From Acholeplasmataceae bacterium (GTDB lineage Bacteria; Bacillota_I; Bacilli_A; Acholeplasmatales; Acholeplasmataceae): a stretch of 64,000 bases of DNA. Under the pieces are notes generated by a model. That model saw only the letters and a list, made by a program, of their open reading frames with translations. It was not told the origin of the DNA and searched no databases. The stretch is from positions 832,001 through 896,000 of the forward strand of contig OY775910.1 in the NCBI GenBank assembly GCA_963675245.1. The letters are read 5' to 3'. The position numbers were made by a program, and so were the translations under genes. Below, in pieces: positions 19,432 through 28,023 of the stretch (position 1 is the first letter of the stretch; every line of letters starts with the position of its first letter).

Positions 19432-20352
19432 ATGAGTATAAGTTTGAGTCAAATATATGACGAAATAAAAGTTGGATTGAAGCAAGACGATAAAGAAAGC
19501 AAAATACTTCGATCAAAGCAAGAAAAAATAAGAGAGATTCTTAGCAAGAAATCAGCGATTTATGAGAACGAAATGTTGGAACTTTCAGAATCAAACATGT
19601 TTATCCAAGGTAGTTATGGAATCGATACGGCAATTAAACATCCACTATATGATGTGGATGCAGATTTAGGATTGATAGTTGCTAATGAATATAACTTTGA
19701 TTTAAGAAGAAGAATATTCAATCAACTAAATAAAGAGTTAACATTACAAAAGGCTATCGTCAAGCTAAAAAAACCTTGCATTAATATTGATTTTAAAGAT
19801 GGTTATAATGTTGATGTAGCTATTTACGTAAAAAAAGGAAGCAATCTATATTTTAGAAATTCTATCAACGGAACAGAAACAGAAATTTTAGCTAAGCCAA
19901 TAGAATTAGTCACAGATTTTAAAGAAAGATTAGCAATAGATACACATAAACGAAAAATCATCAGACTTTTAAAACATTTTAATAATATAGCTAAAGATAA
20001 GTTATCAATAAGCGAAAAGAATTATATTCCTAGTATTTCGTTTACTATTTTTATTTTAAATCAAAATATTCAATCAGGGAACTTAGATGATATGATGTTA
20101 GAAAGTATACAAAAATTCAAAAAATTTGTTTTACTTAACACATATAATGGTCCTAAATATGATAGATTTTTAGTTGGCAATACATTCTACAAAGTTAATA
20201 ATATTAGCGAAGTTCACAAAGCAATTGACTATATCAAACTTAATTTAGAAAATAAACACTATTCTCAATTAACTTCAGATAGAATTATTGAAAACATAAA
20301 CAAAAAAAACGCTAAGGTAAATACATCATTAGTTGGTACTTTAGGTGATTAG
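19432..20352 (+). CDS. CBASS cGAS/DncV-like nucleotidyltransferase (CD-NTase)
   Basis: QGSYGIDT, DVDAD, KKPCI, VDVAIY; first gene of the operon with E1/E2, JAB and SAVED genes. Confidence 0.88.
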   Translation: MSISLSQIYDEIKVGLKQDDKESKILRSKQEKIREILSKKSAIYENEMLELSESNMFIQGSYGIDTAIKHPLYDVDADLGLIVANEYNFDLRRRIFNQLNKELTLQKAIVKLKKPCINIDFKDGYNVDVAIYVKKGSNLYFRNSINGTETEILAKPIELVTDFKERLAIDTHKRKIIRLLKHFNNIAKDKLSISEKNYIPSISFTIFILNQNIQSGNLDDMMLESIQKFKKFVLLNTYNGPKYDRFLVGNTFYKVNNISEVHKAIDYIKLNLENKHYSQLTSDRIIENINKKNAKVNTSLVGTLGD

Positions 20353-21532
20353 AGATATTTTAAAAGAACTAGGTATAGAATTCAGAGAAAATCAAGAACG
20401 TATAACATTTAACATATTAAGTTTAGATGTTTTTTATGACTTTAAAACTAAAAAATTATATATTGATAAGGAGTATTTTTCCAAAATTCCTCATATAAAT
20501 AGAGATGGTAGTATATGTTTATATGGGAATGTTGATTTAGTACTTAAAGAATTAGATGATCATGATGTAATAAAAAAAACATTGGATACATATTTACCGT
20601 GGTTAATTTCAATGTCTCCAGAATTAAAAGTTGCAGAATTTTTAGGTGAGATAAATTTTTTTACACAATATCATCTACATTATAATTATGTAAAAGAAAG
20701 TAAACCAGTTGGTGATTTTAGAATAGTTCACATATCTACTCCTGATGAGCTTTGGGAAACTATTGAAAATCTCAATAATGGAATGAAATATATACTCACT
20801 CCTGATGGATTTGAGAATATTATGGTTTACATACAAAAAAAAGGTGAAGATACATTGATACATTATGATTATCCTTATATAAATTCTTCAAAAAGAGTGA
20901 GTGGAAATAGTTTTGGATTTAAAAATGAATCTATAGGTTTAATTGGTTTAGGATCAGTAAATTCATATTGTCTAAAAATACTTTTATCTAAAGGATACAC
21001 TAAGTTTACATTAGTTGATGATGATATGGTAGAAATAGGTAATATGTTTAGATTTGCATTTCCTTATATTGGTGAAACAAAAATATCTGCAGCCGAAAAA
21101 TTCATCCAAAGTTTAGAAATTGTTGATAATGTTATTCAAAAACAAGAAACAAAAATAAAACTTGATTCTCCTAATTATTTCAATGACTCAGCTCTAATTT
21201 ATGTTTCGGTAGATAATTATGTATCCTGGATAAACATTAACAAATATTTGATTAACAACCAGTTATACAAGAAAAAAGTAGTATTTTTAGGTATAGATGT
21301 ATACGGAAACTATGGGAAATTCATTATGATTGATGTTGATAATCCTATAAAATTTAATCAATTATTTTATGATTTTTTACTATTTAATAGCTCTGAGGAT
21401 CAAAGACATGAAATGGTTGCAAATGGCTGTGGTAATTCTCTAGCAATTTATGGTGAAGGCGATATATTAGAATTGATTAATGAGGTATTAAAAAATGATA
21501 AAAAAAATATGGTTTTCAAAATCGATTTTTGA
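20345..21532 (+). CDS. cap2: CBASS Cap2-like E2-E1(ThiF) fusion
   Basis: N-terminal PHINRDGSICL (E2); ThiF GLIGLGSV and DDDMVEIGNMFR; C-terminal GCG. Confidence 0.8.
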   Translation: MIRDILKELGIEFRENQERITFNILSLDVFYDFKTKKLYIDKEYFSKIPHINRDGSICLYGNVDLVLKELDDHDVIKKTLDTYLPWLISMSPELKVAEFLGEINFFTQYHLHYNYVKESKPVGDFRIVHISTPDELWETIENLNNGMKYILTPDGFENIMVYIQKKGEDTLIHYDYPYINSSKRVSGNSFGFKNESIGLIGLGSVNSYCLKILLSKGYTKFTLVDDDMVEIGNMFRFAFPYIGETKISAAEKFIQSLEIVDNVIQKQETKIKLDSPNYFNDSALIYVSVDNYVSWININKYLINNQLYKKKVVFLGIDVYGNYGKFIMIDVDNPIKFNQLFYDFLLFNSSEDQRHEMVANGCGNSLAIYGEGDILELINEVLKNDKKNMVFKIDF

Positions 21533-21908
21533 TTTTGATTTTAATAAACAAGTGTATGATTTACTAGCATTGTATTCAAAAGAAAATACAGAAATGGGTG
21601 GAATGCTCTTTTTAAATAATAAAGAAATTATAGGGATTTCATGTATTAGAGGAAAAAAATATAGTATTTCATTTTTAACTGACAATCCTTCTCTTTTTAT
21701 AGGACCACGTAATGGAATAATTGTTGGAACTTGGCATTCACATCCAGGTGATAATTCCCCATCAATTACTGATTTAGATCAATGGGAAAAATGGGGCAAA
21801 AAGTATATTCACATTATTATAAATACCTTATCGATAAAAGTATATAATTGGAAAGGTAAAGTATTGAAAGACATTGAAATTATAGGTGAAACAAATGAAA
21901 AAAAGTAA
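21495..21908 (+). CDS. cap3: CBASS Cap3-like JAB/MPN isopeptidase
   Basis: EMGG and WHSHP...PSITD JAMM motif. Confidence 0.85.
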   Translation: MIKKIWFSKSIFDFDFNKQVYDLLALYSKENTEMGGMLFLNNKEIIGISCIRGKKYSISFLTDNPSLFIGPRNGIIVGTWHSHPGDNSPSITDLDQWEKWGKKYIHIIINTLSIKVYNWKGKVLKDIEIIGETNEKK

Positions 21909-22800
21909 CATTTTAATCGATTGGTTTAAAGTTTGTGAAATAGAATTGTTTCATGTTGCTCCAGGGTATTTTGCCATTGCACTTATATTAAATTTAAGCT
22001 TATATTTATATATGTTGACAATTAACTTATGGTTTCTCAGCTCTATCGTTATATACCCTATATTTTATATATTTTTATTAGCAATATATAATTATAGAAA
22101 TAGACTTATTATTAGTGCTGAAGGAACAAGAAAAGAAAAGCATACTTTAAGAAATAAAGCACATTTTCCGTTAGAGAAGATTATAGGGTCTAGAAAAATA
22201 AAATTTGTTTATGATGCTAAATTAAATATTGATGAAAATATAAAAAATATCATGGTTTTAAAAGAAAAAATTAAACCAAATGATGAAATTATCTATTTTG
22301 GTATAGTAAGTGTTCCATATAATGCATTATTGGGCTATATAATAGGTAGTGAACAAGAATACCATATCTATAACTACGATAGAACTCGTTCAATATGGGA
22401 AGATATTACAAGCTTCGATGAAAAACCGGATGTTGTAATGAAGAAGACCATTTATAAATCAAGTACAAAAGTAAATGCATTAATCTCTCTATCATTCAAT
22501 ATTAATCACAATAGCGTGTTTGATAATAAGAGAGATTTAGTGGAATTTAGTATTGAGGATTATAAACTTGATAAAAAAATTGATTATCCACATGTTATTG
22601 ATTTTGTTTTAAAAAATCTTGTTAATTATGAAGAAATTGATTTTTATATAGCTGCAAACAATGGCGTTGTGTTTTATCTTGGGACAAGATTAAGTGATTC
22701 TAATATTCCAGAAACTAGAGTTTTTGAATATAGTGGAAATGCAAGTAAGGGTTATGATTTTTGTATAAATTTGAAAACAAGAGATTCATTTGAACTATGA
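21895..22800 (+). CDS. CBASS effector with two TM helices and a SAVED domain
   Basis: Two N-terminal TM segments; SAVED-like YFGIVSVPYNALLGY, ISLSFNI, FYIAA...FYLG; start ATG 21895 after AGGTGA. Confidence 0.75.
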   Translation: MKKSNILIDWFKVCEIELFHVAPGYFAIALILNLSLYLYMLTINLWFLSSIVIYPIFYIFLLAIYNYRNRLIISAEGTRKEKHTLRNKAHFPLEKIIGSRKIKFVYDAKLNIDENIKNIMVLKEKIKPNDEIIYFGIVSVPYNALLGYIIGSEQEYHIYNYDRTRSIWEDITSFDEKPDVVMKKTIYKSSTKVNALISLSFNINHNSVFDNKRDLVEFSIEDYKLDKKIDYPHVIDFVLKNLVNYEEIDFYIAANNGVVFYLGTRLSDSNIPETRVFEYSGNASKGYDFCINLKTRDSFEL

Positions 22801-22814
22801 TAGAGTGTGCAAAG

Positions 22815-22888
22815 AAAGTAAATTGGTTAACTTCATAACTAATTTTAAACACCATAATCTAGAACAACTTTATTTCGAAGTCCATATG
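22815..22888 (+). repeat. Degenerate internal copy of the att-like repeat
   Basis: AAAGTAAATTGGTTAACTTCAT...CACCATAATCTA...GAAGTCCATAT aligns colinearly with 23965-24038. Confidence 0.75.
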
Positions 22889-23091
22889 TACATGTTAAAA
22901 ATTGATCTAAAAAAGTGTATTGTAGTATAGTAAAATCACTTTGTATTGTTGAAAATTTGTGATTGTATAAATATACTTATGTTTAGTTTGTGAAATAAAA
23001 AGATTTTAGATTTATTAGATTACATAGTTTGAATGGCTTGAAAAATAGAATATGAATCTTATCGGCAATTAATTACAAAGGAGTTAAATTA

Positions 23092-23901
23092 ATGGATGAA
23101 AGAAATGGAAAGTATTATCATGTTGCAATTGAAAGAAAAAATAAAAATAATAAATATGATACTGGTATAATTTCAGAATTAAATATTTTAGATTATGATG
23201 AAGTCAAAAATGATTATGTAATCCCGTATGTTAATAATAAATTGTTTTATATACAAGGGACACAAGTGAGTAAAGATGATATAGTATATTTTAAGGTGTC
23301 TGAAACCAACTTGAAAGCAGAAATTATTTCTAAACAAATAAATCAAAATAACCTTGATCAACGCATTTTCTTAACGTTCACCGATACAGAAGCAGTAATG
23401 ACAAGAAAATATGATATTACATCGAAAATTATAAAAGATTCATTAAAGGAATCTAATATAGAAAATGAAATAAATTTTGAACGTGAGTTAATGTCACACT
23501 TACACGATAGAATATTACAAGTTTCTTATAAAAAATTTTGCGATCTTCATTATGCTGATTCGGTCGAGAGTGCTTTTAAAGAAATTAATTCCAGATTAAA
23601 AAAAATATATAAGAGTAAAACTGGCCTTGAAAAAGATGGTAGAGATTTAATGGCTCATATATTTTCAGATACTAGTCCAATACTACAGTTATCGAGTGAT
23701 TTAGGTTCGATTAAGGGTAGAAATGTTCAAGAAGGTTATAGATTTATTTTTATGGGAGTTATAATTGCTATAAGAAATCCTAAAGCACACGAAAATCAAA
23801 ATATTTCGAAAGACACAGCATATGATAGATTAATATTGGCAAGTTTGTTGATGAAAAAGATTGATGAGGCTATTATCTATAGTAATATTATTGAGCATTG
23901 A
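23092..23901 (+). CDS. TIGR02391 (Ymh-like) family protein
   Basis: YADSVESAFK, DGRDLM, EGYRFIFMG, IRNPKAH. Confidence 0.8.
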   Translation: MDERNGKYYHVAIERKNKNNKYDTGIISELNILDYDEVKNDYVIPYVNNKLFYIQGTQVSKDDIVYFKVSETNLKAEIISKQINQNNLDQRIFLTFTDTEAVMTRKYDITSKIIKDSLKESNIENEINFERELMSHLHDRILQVSYKKFCDLHYADSVESAFKEINSRLKKIYKSKTGLEKDGRDLMAHIFSDTSPILQLSSDLGSIKGRNVQEGYRFIFMGVIIAIRNPKAHENQNISKDTAYDRLILASLLMKKIDEAIIYSNIIEH

Positions 23902-23990
23902 AATTTGATTTAGATAATAAAGGTACTATTTTTACAACAATTCAATGAGTTCAACACTAATAATAAAGTAAGTGGGTAAACTTCATGGCG

Positions 23991-24076
23991 TATTTTCGGC
24001 ACCATAATCTAAATTAATAGTATTTTGGAAGTTCATATAGATAGCAAAAAAGTCAACCAAAACGGTTGATTTTTGT
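23991..24076 (+). repeat. attR-like duplicate of the tRNA-Thr 3' end plus terminator
   Basis: 17-bp identity TATTTTCGGCACCATAA, then imperfect match to 17543-17613 including the GTCAACC/GGTTGAT hairpin. Confidence 0.88.
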
Positions 24077-24453
24077 TTAAATTAAATTGCTTTTAAGACA
24101 TCAAGTATTACAATATAGATGCTAAGTATGTAGAGGATCAACTACTTAGTTCTCTTTATTATGTAACAGATTAAAATATTGAACGATATAAGTGAGATAT
24201 GAAGATATATAAACGATGGTATATATTTTATATTGATAATTTTTGTAATTAATAAAATTTTTAGGATATAATAGGGTTAATATTAGAAACTAATCGTATA
24301 AATGCATACACCAATTCAAGTATATACATTTATTTTTTATGGGGAGATTAAAGATGCTTTTGGTTAAAAAGGGAAACTTAAATGAATTCTCTTCCTTTTA
24401 TGCGAGATCATACAAAAACAATAAATATATGTTTGTAAAGAGAGGCGATTGAT

Positions 24454-24948
24454 TTGGATGAAATTAAGATTAATACTGATTCTAGTTTAGATGATTATGT
24501 TAAGTTTAATCTGTTTGCTTTAGAAAAATATCATAAGATATCACTGCAATACAATTTATTAATCATTACGTGTATTTTATCATTTGGTATAGCCTTTATC
24601 ATAGAAGAGAAAGTACTTTTCATGTTGTTAGGAACGTTTTCTCTTGCTTATAGAATTTTTCACCCCATTTTTGTTAAGAGATTGATTAAGAAACAAGTAA
24701 AAGATTCACCATCTATAATTAGCAGTAGTGAATTAACAATCAACGAAGATGAAATAATGGAAGTATCAGAAACCACAACAACAAAAGTTAAATGGAAGAA
24801 TATATTTTCATTTGATGAAGATAATGAATTGATATATATTTTTCACACAAAGATACAAGCATTCATAATACAAAAAAGAAATCTTAATGATCAGGCATTA
24901 TATCATTTGCAAAAATGGTCTAAAGCAGAGAAAAACGACAGTCAATAG
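24454..24948 (+). CDS. YcxB-like membrane protein
   Basis: Two TM helices then KVKWKNI...IYIF...AFIIQKR. Confidence 0.7.
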   Translation: MDEIKINTDSSLDDYVKFNLFALEKYHKISLQYNLLIITCILSFGIAFIIEEKVLFMLLGTFSLAYRIFHPIFVKRLIKKQVKDSPSIISSSELTINEDEIMEVSETTTTKVKWKNIFSFDEDNELIYIFHTKIQAFIIQKRNLNDQALYHLQKWSKAEKNDSQ

Positions 24949-24958
24949 AGGTAATTTA

Positions 24959-26248
24959 ATGATTAATAAACCAATTGTTGTGTTCGGTTCAGTTGCGCTT
25001 TCTAACATATATATTGAGGAAGAATTTAATGAGTTCATAAAAATTGAACAGATAACGAACACATTACAAAATGATTTAAGATTTGATTGGGATTTTGAAA
25101 TCAATAACACACCTTATATGGAAGCTTTTTCACGCTCTAAAAGTTCCTACCAAAGAATTACGTTTAGAGAAATTATTGCTGCTGTTAGAATAAATGAAGA
25201 CTACATCAAAGAATTGAATGGCAATAATGAAGAAATGAGCATACAAAAAAACGCTAAAGTTTATTTTTTTAGAAATGGTAATGTAGTATTGTTGACAAAA
25301 TATGAATTCGAAGAATCTTTTCAAACGATAAAATCATATGAAGATACTATTAATACTTTACATAAAAATATTCCAATGTATCTCAAAAAAATATTTTGGG
25401 AATGCGTAGATTTATACCGACAAACAATTCTGAAGTGCAATTATAGACATATATTTACGTTCAATGAGAAAATATATGAGAACAACATTGATGAACGCAC
25501 AATGAGATTTTCAATAGTCAATCATTTCTTCAATCATTCAATTGATCAAATCAATCAATTTTTTGAAAGTTGTGAAACAATCCACACGAATGAAGTAATT
25601 ACTAACGATAAGATGACTATTAGATTAGGATGGACACATTCTATTTTTATGTCAAAAGATAAAATATTTGAAGATGTTTATAATGTTAACCTCTATTCAA
25701 TGTACTTATTAATCATCTTAGCTAATTGGGCTGGATTGGACTGTCTACGCTTCAATTTACTTAATATAGAAAAATATTATAATTGTAATATATTTAATAA
25801 AAAAGTTCCCTTTAGAGAAATAACGAAAATCAAAGACGTATTGAACAGGTATGTTTTCAAGATAAAAGAAGTATTCAACACCCTAGATAGTTATCAATCA
25901 ACAAACCATCCAAAATCAAAGTATATTCTAAATATGTATCAAAAGGTGTTTGAGGAGAAAGAAGCAGCTCAAAGTGTTAATAATAAAATAGACTTATTGA
26001 TGCAAAAAATAAATTACTTACACGACAATCAAAAGGGTAGTTTAAACAATTCAATGAATATGATTTTATTCATATTGGCTACGATTTCGGTGATATCTAC
26101 TGTCGATTTAATATATAAGATAATTTCTGATTATCCTATCGTTTCTAGTATAATCATATTTGCTGTATCTATAGTCTCGTTATTTGTTATATTTATTTTA
26201 GTTTTTAAACATAGATTAGGTATTTTTGATTCTATTAAAAATAAGTAA
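24959..26248 (+). CDS. Hypothetical protein with two C-terminal TM helices
   Basis: Long ORF; start reset to ATG 24959 after GAGGT; coiled region then two hydrophobic helices. Confidence 0.7.
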   Translation: MINKPIVVFGSVALSNIYIEEEFNEFIKIEQITNTLQNDLRFDWDFEINNTPYMEAFSRSKSSYQRITFREIIAAVRINEDYIKELNGNNEEMSIQKNAKVYFFRNGNVVLLTKYEFEESFQTIKSYEDTINTLHKNIPMYLKKIFWECVDLYRQTILKCNYRHIFTFNEKIYENNIDERTMRFSIVNHFFNHSIDQINQFFESCETIHTNEVITNDKMTIRLGWTHSIFMSKDKIFEDVYNVNLYSMYLLIILANWAGLDCLRFNLLNIEKYYNCNIFNKKVPFREITKIKDVLNRYVFKIKEVFNTLDSYQSTNHPKSKYILNMYQKVFEEKEAAQSVNNKIDLLMQKINYLHDNQKGSLNNSMNMILFILATISVISTVDLIYKIISDYPIVSSIIIFAVSIVSLFVIFILVFKHRLGIFDSIKNK

Positions 26249-26410
26249 TTCGGAGAAATTCATGTAATTATTCTCTAATAGAAAAACAGTAAATGGGTTT
26301 CACAACATATTAGGATTTGATTTTTATATAAAAAATCATATGATATAATAAAAAAAACAAACGTTTCAAAAAGAGATATTAGGAACGTATTAAAGCAAGG
26401 AGGGGTTTAT

Positions 26411-27283
26411 ATGCCATCAGGTTCACATGGTGGAGGAGGCGGAAGCCACGGAGGTGGTGGTTTCGGGGGTTCTGGATTTAGGGGATCACACACACCAAGA
26501 CAATCATATGTTCATCGACATAATGTTTTTCATCCACCACACAGATATTATTTTTTCGGAAGAGTGTATTCTGTCGGTTCTTATAGATACTATACAATGT
26601 CAAAAATAAGCACGTGGATATTCTTTGCTTTTGTAGCGGTGCTTGTATGTGGTGTTTTCTTTTTTCAACAACAATCCGCGATTAACCAAGTTAAATCAGA
26701 TCAGGCTTATTATTTCAACATGATTGAAAATGCGGATTCAGATCAATATATGACTGCTGTTGTAAGAAATCAATATGAAGGTGATGGTGGGAAGTATTAT
26801 ATCACCTATAATTTAGTAGTTAATAACAACTATCTTTGGGCTGAAGATGGATATACATATTCTATATACACCATGGAAGAAGCATCCGCTATATTTCAAG
26901 CAGGTGAAATCGACATTGTTGTTGATAGACTTCCTTTAACTATCAACACCGATTCAATCAATGCTGATTATATGGATTATAGTCTATCAGATGATGGTTA
27001 TTATAGTCATGCTGTACTCATGAGAACTATTATCATCATTGCAGGTAGTGTTGCTGTGATAGCGGTACTTGGCTTTGCATCATACTATTTCAAAATGATG
27101 TTCTCATATCAATTAACCGGAGAAGAAAAAACAAATTTATTCAGTGAAAAGAAGGATGAAAATCCAAATGAAAAAACAGAATATTGTTTGTATTGTGGAT
27201 CAGTAATGTCTAAAGATGATGATAAGTGTCCGAAATGTGGATCAGCAAGATCATATACATCAGATGATTATGTGGATGTATAA
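26411..27283 (+). CDS. Membrane protein with Gly-rich N-terminus and C-terminal zinc ribbon
   Basis: GSHGGGGG start, two TM segments, CLYCG...CPKCG; SD AAGGAGG. Confidence 0.8.
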   Translation: MPSGSHGGGGGSHGGGGFGGSGFRGSHTPRQSYVHRHNVFHPPHRYYFFGRVYSVGSYRYYTMSKISTWIFFAFVAVLVCGVFFFQQQSAINQVKSDQAYYFNMIENADSDQYMTAVVRNQYEGDGGKYYITYNLVVNNNYLWAEDGYTYSIYTMEEASAIFQAGEIDIVVDRLPLTINTDSINADYMDYSLSDDGYYSHAVLMRTIIIIAGSVAVIAVLGFASYYFKMMFSYQLTGEEKTNLFSEKKDENPNEKTEYCLYCGSVMSKDDDKCPKCGSARSYTSDDYVDV

Positions 27284-27472
27284 GCATACAGACGAAAAGC
27301 GATGTTATAAATCGCTTTTTCTTTTAAATAGAAGTGATGCTTATGTAGTGTAGATGAAGGGAAATTTATGTGATAAAATCATAAATTAATAGATTTTCTT
27401 TGAAAATCATATTTAAATTATGCAAACAGTATTGTATAATAAACTAAAATAACGTTTAATTGGGGAGATAAA

Positions 27473-27928
27473 ATGGAAAAAACAGTCAGTAATTCAAGTG
27501 GTAATTCATTTCAGATCATTGAGAGTGTATGGACGGGGAAATCGAAAATTTTAGTGGATGGTAATCCAACAAAAAAACTAAATAGGAAATCATTTAGTTA
27601 TGAGTCAGATGATCAAACCTATTCAATCAAGTTGACAGGTAATTCACTTTTTGGTATGTCCTTAGATGTTAATGGAGAGACAATTGAGGTGCTTAAAAAA
27701 CTTCATCCACTAGAAATTATCGTTTCTTTAATACCAGTCATTTTAGTATTCTTAGGTGGTGCACTTGGCGGTTTAATAGGAGCTGGTGCTATCATTATCA
27801 ATTTATCTGTTATGAGGAATACAGATAAAATTCTAATTAAAATTATTGAACCTCTCGCTGTCAGTGTTGCTGCATATTATTTATACTTATTAATCGCAAC
27901 CTATATTTGGTCAGCAATCAATTTATAG
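27473..27928 (+). CDS. Hypothetical membrane protein
   Basis: SD GGGGAG; C-terminal GGALGGLIG hydrophobic helices. Confidence 0.75.
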   Translation: MEKTVSNSSGNSFQIIESVWTGKSKILVDGNPTKKLNRKSFSYESDDQTYSIKLTGNSLFGMSLDVNGETIEVLKKLHPLEIIVSLIPVILVFLGGALGGLIGAGAIIINLSVMRNTDKILIKIIEPLAVSVAAYYLYLLIATYIWSAINL

Positions 27929-27985
27929 AATAGTGTTTTAACTTTATTTAATAAAATAATGAAGATTTCATGATCACAAAAAGAT

Positions 27986-28016
27986 AAAAAAATCACTTTT
28001 CAAAAAGTGATTTTTC
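27986..28016. terminator. Bidirectional terminator
   Basis: AAAAATCACTTT...AAAGTGATTTTT between convergent genes. Confidence 0.75.
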
Positions 28017-28023
28017 TTTTGAT

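Larger units (their letters stand above)
17526..24076. mobile_element. tRNA-Thr-anchored defence island without an integrase
   Basis: Bounded by ~87-bp imperfect direct repeats (17526-17613 and 23991-24076) starting with TATTTTCGGCACCATAA; interior visibly more AT-rich than the flanking housekeeping genes. Confidence 0.8.

Noticed and set aside
17540..24000. Prophage or ICE
   Set aside because: No integrase, structural, replication or conjugation genes between the repeats
23991..24004. Second tRNA gene
   Set aside because: Only the 3'-terminal 14 nt are present, with no D or anticodon arm; it is an att-type duplicate
26285..26310. AGTAAATGGGTTTCA as a fifth att-like copy
   Set aside because: Resembles the upstream arm but lacks the CGGCACC core and GAAGTT box; not distinguishable from chance
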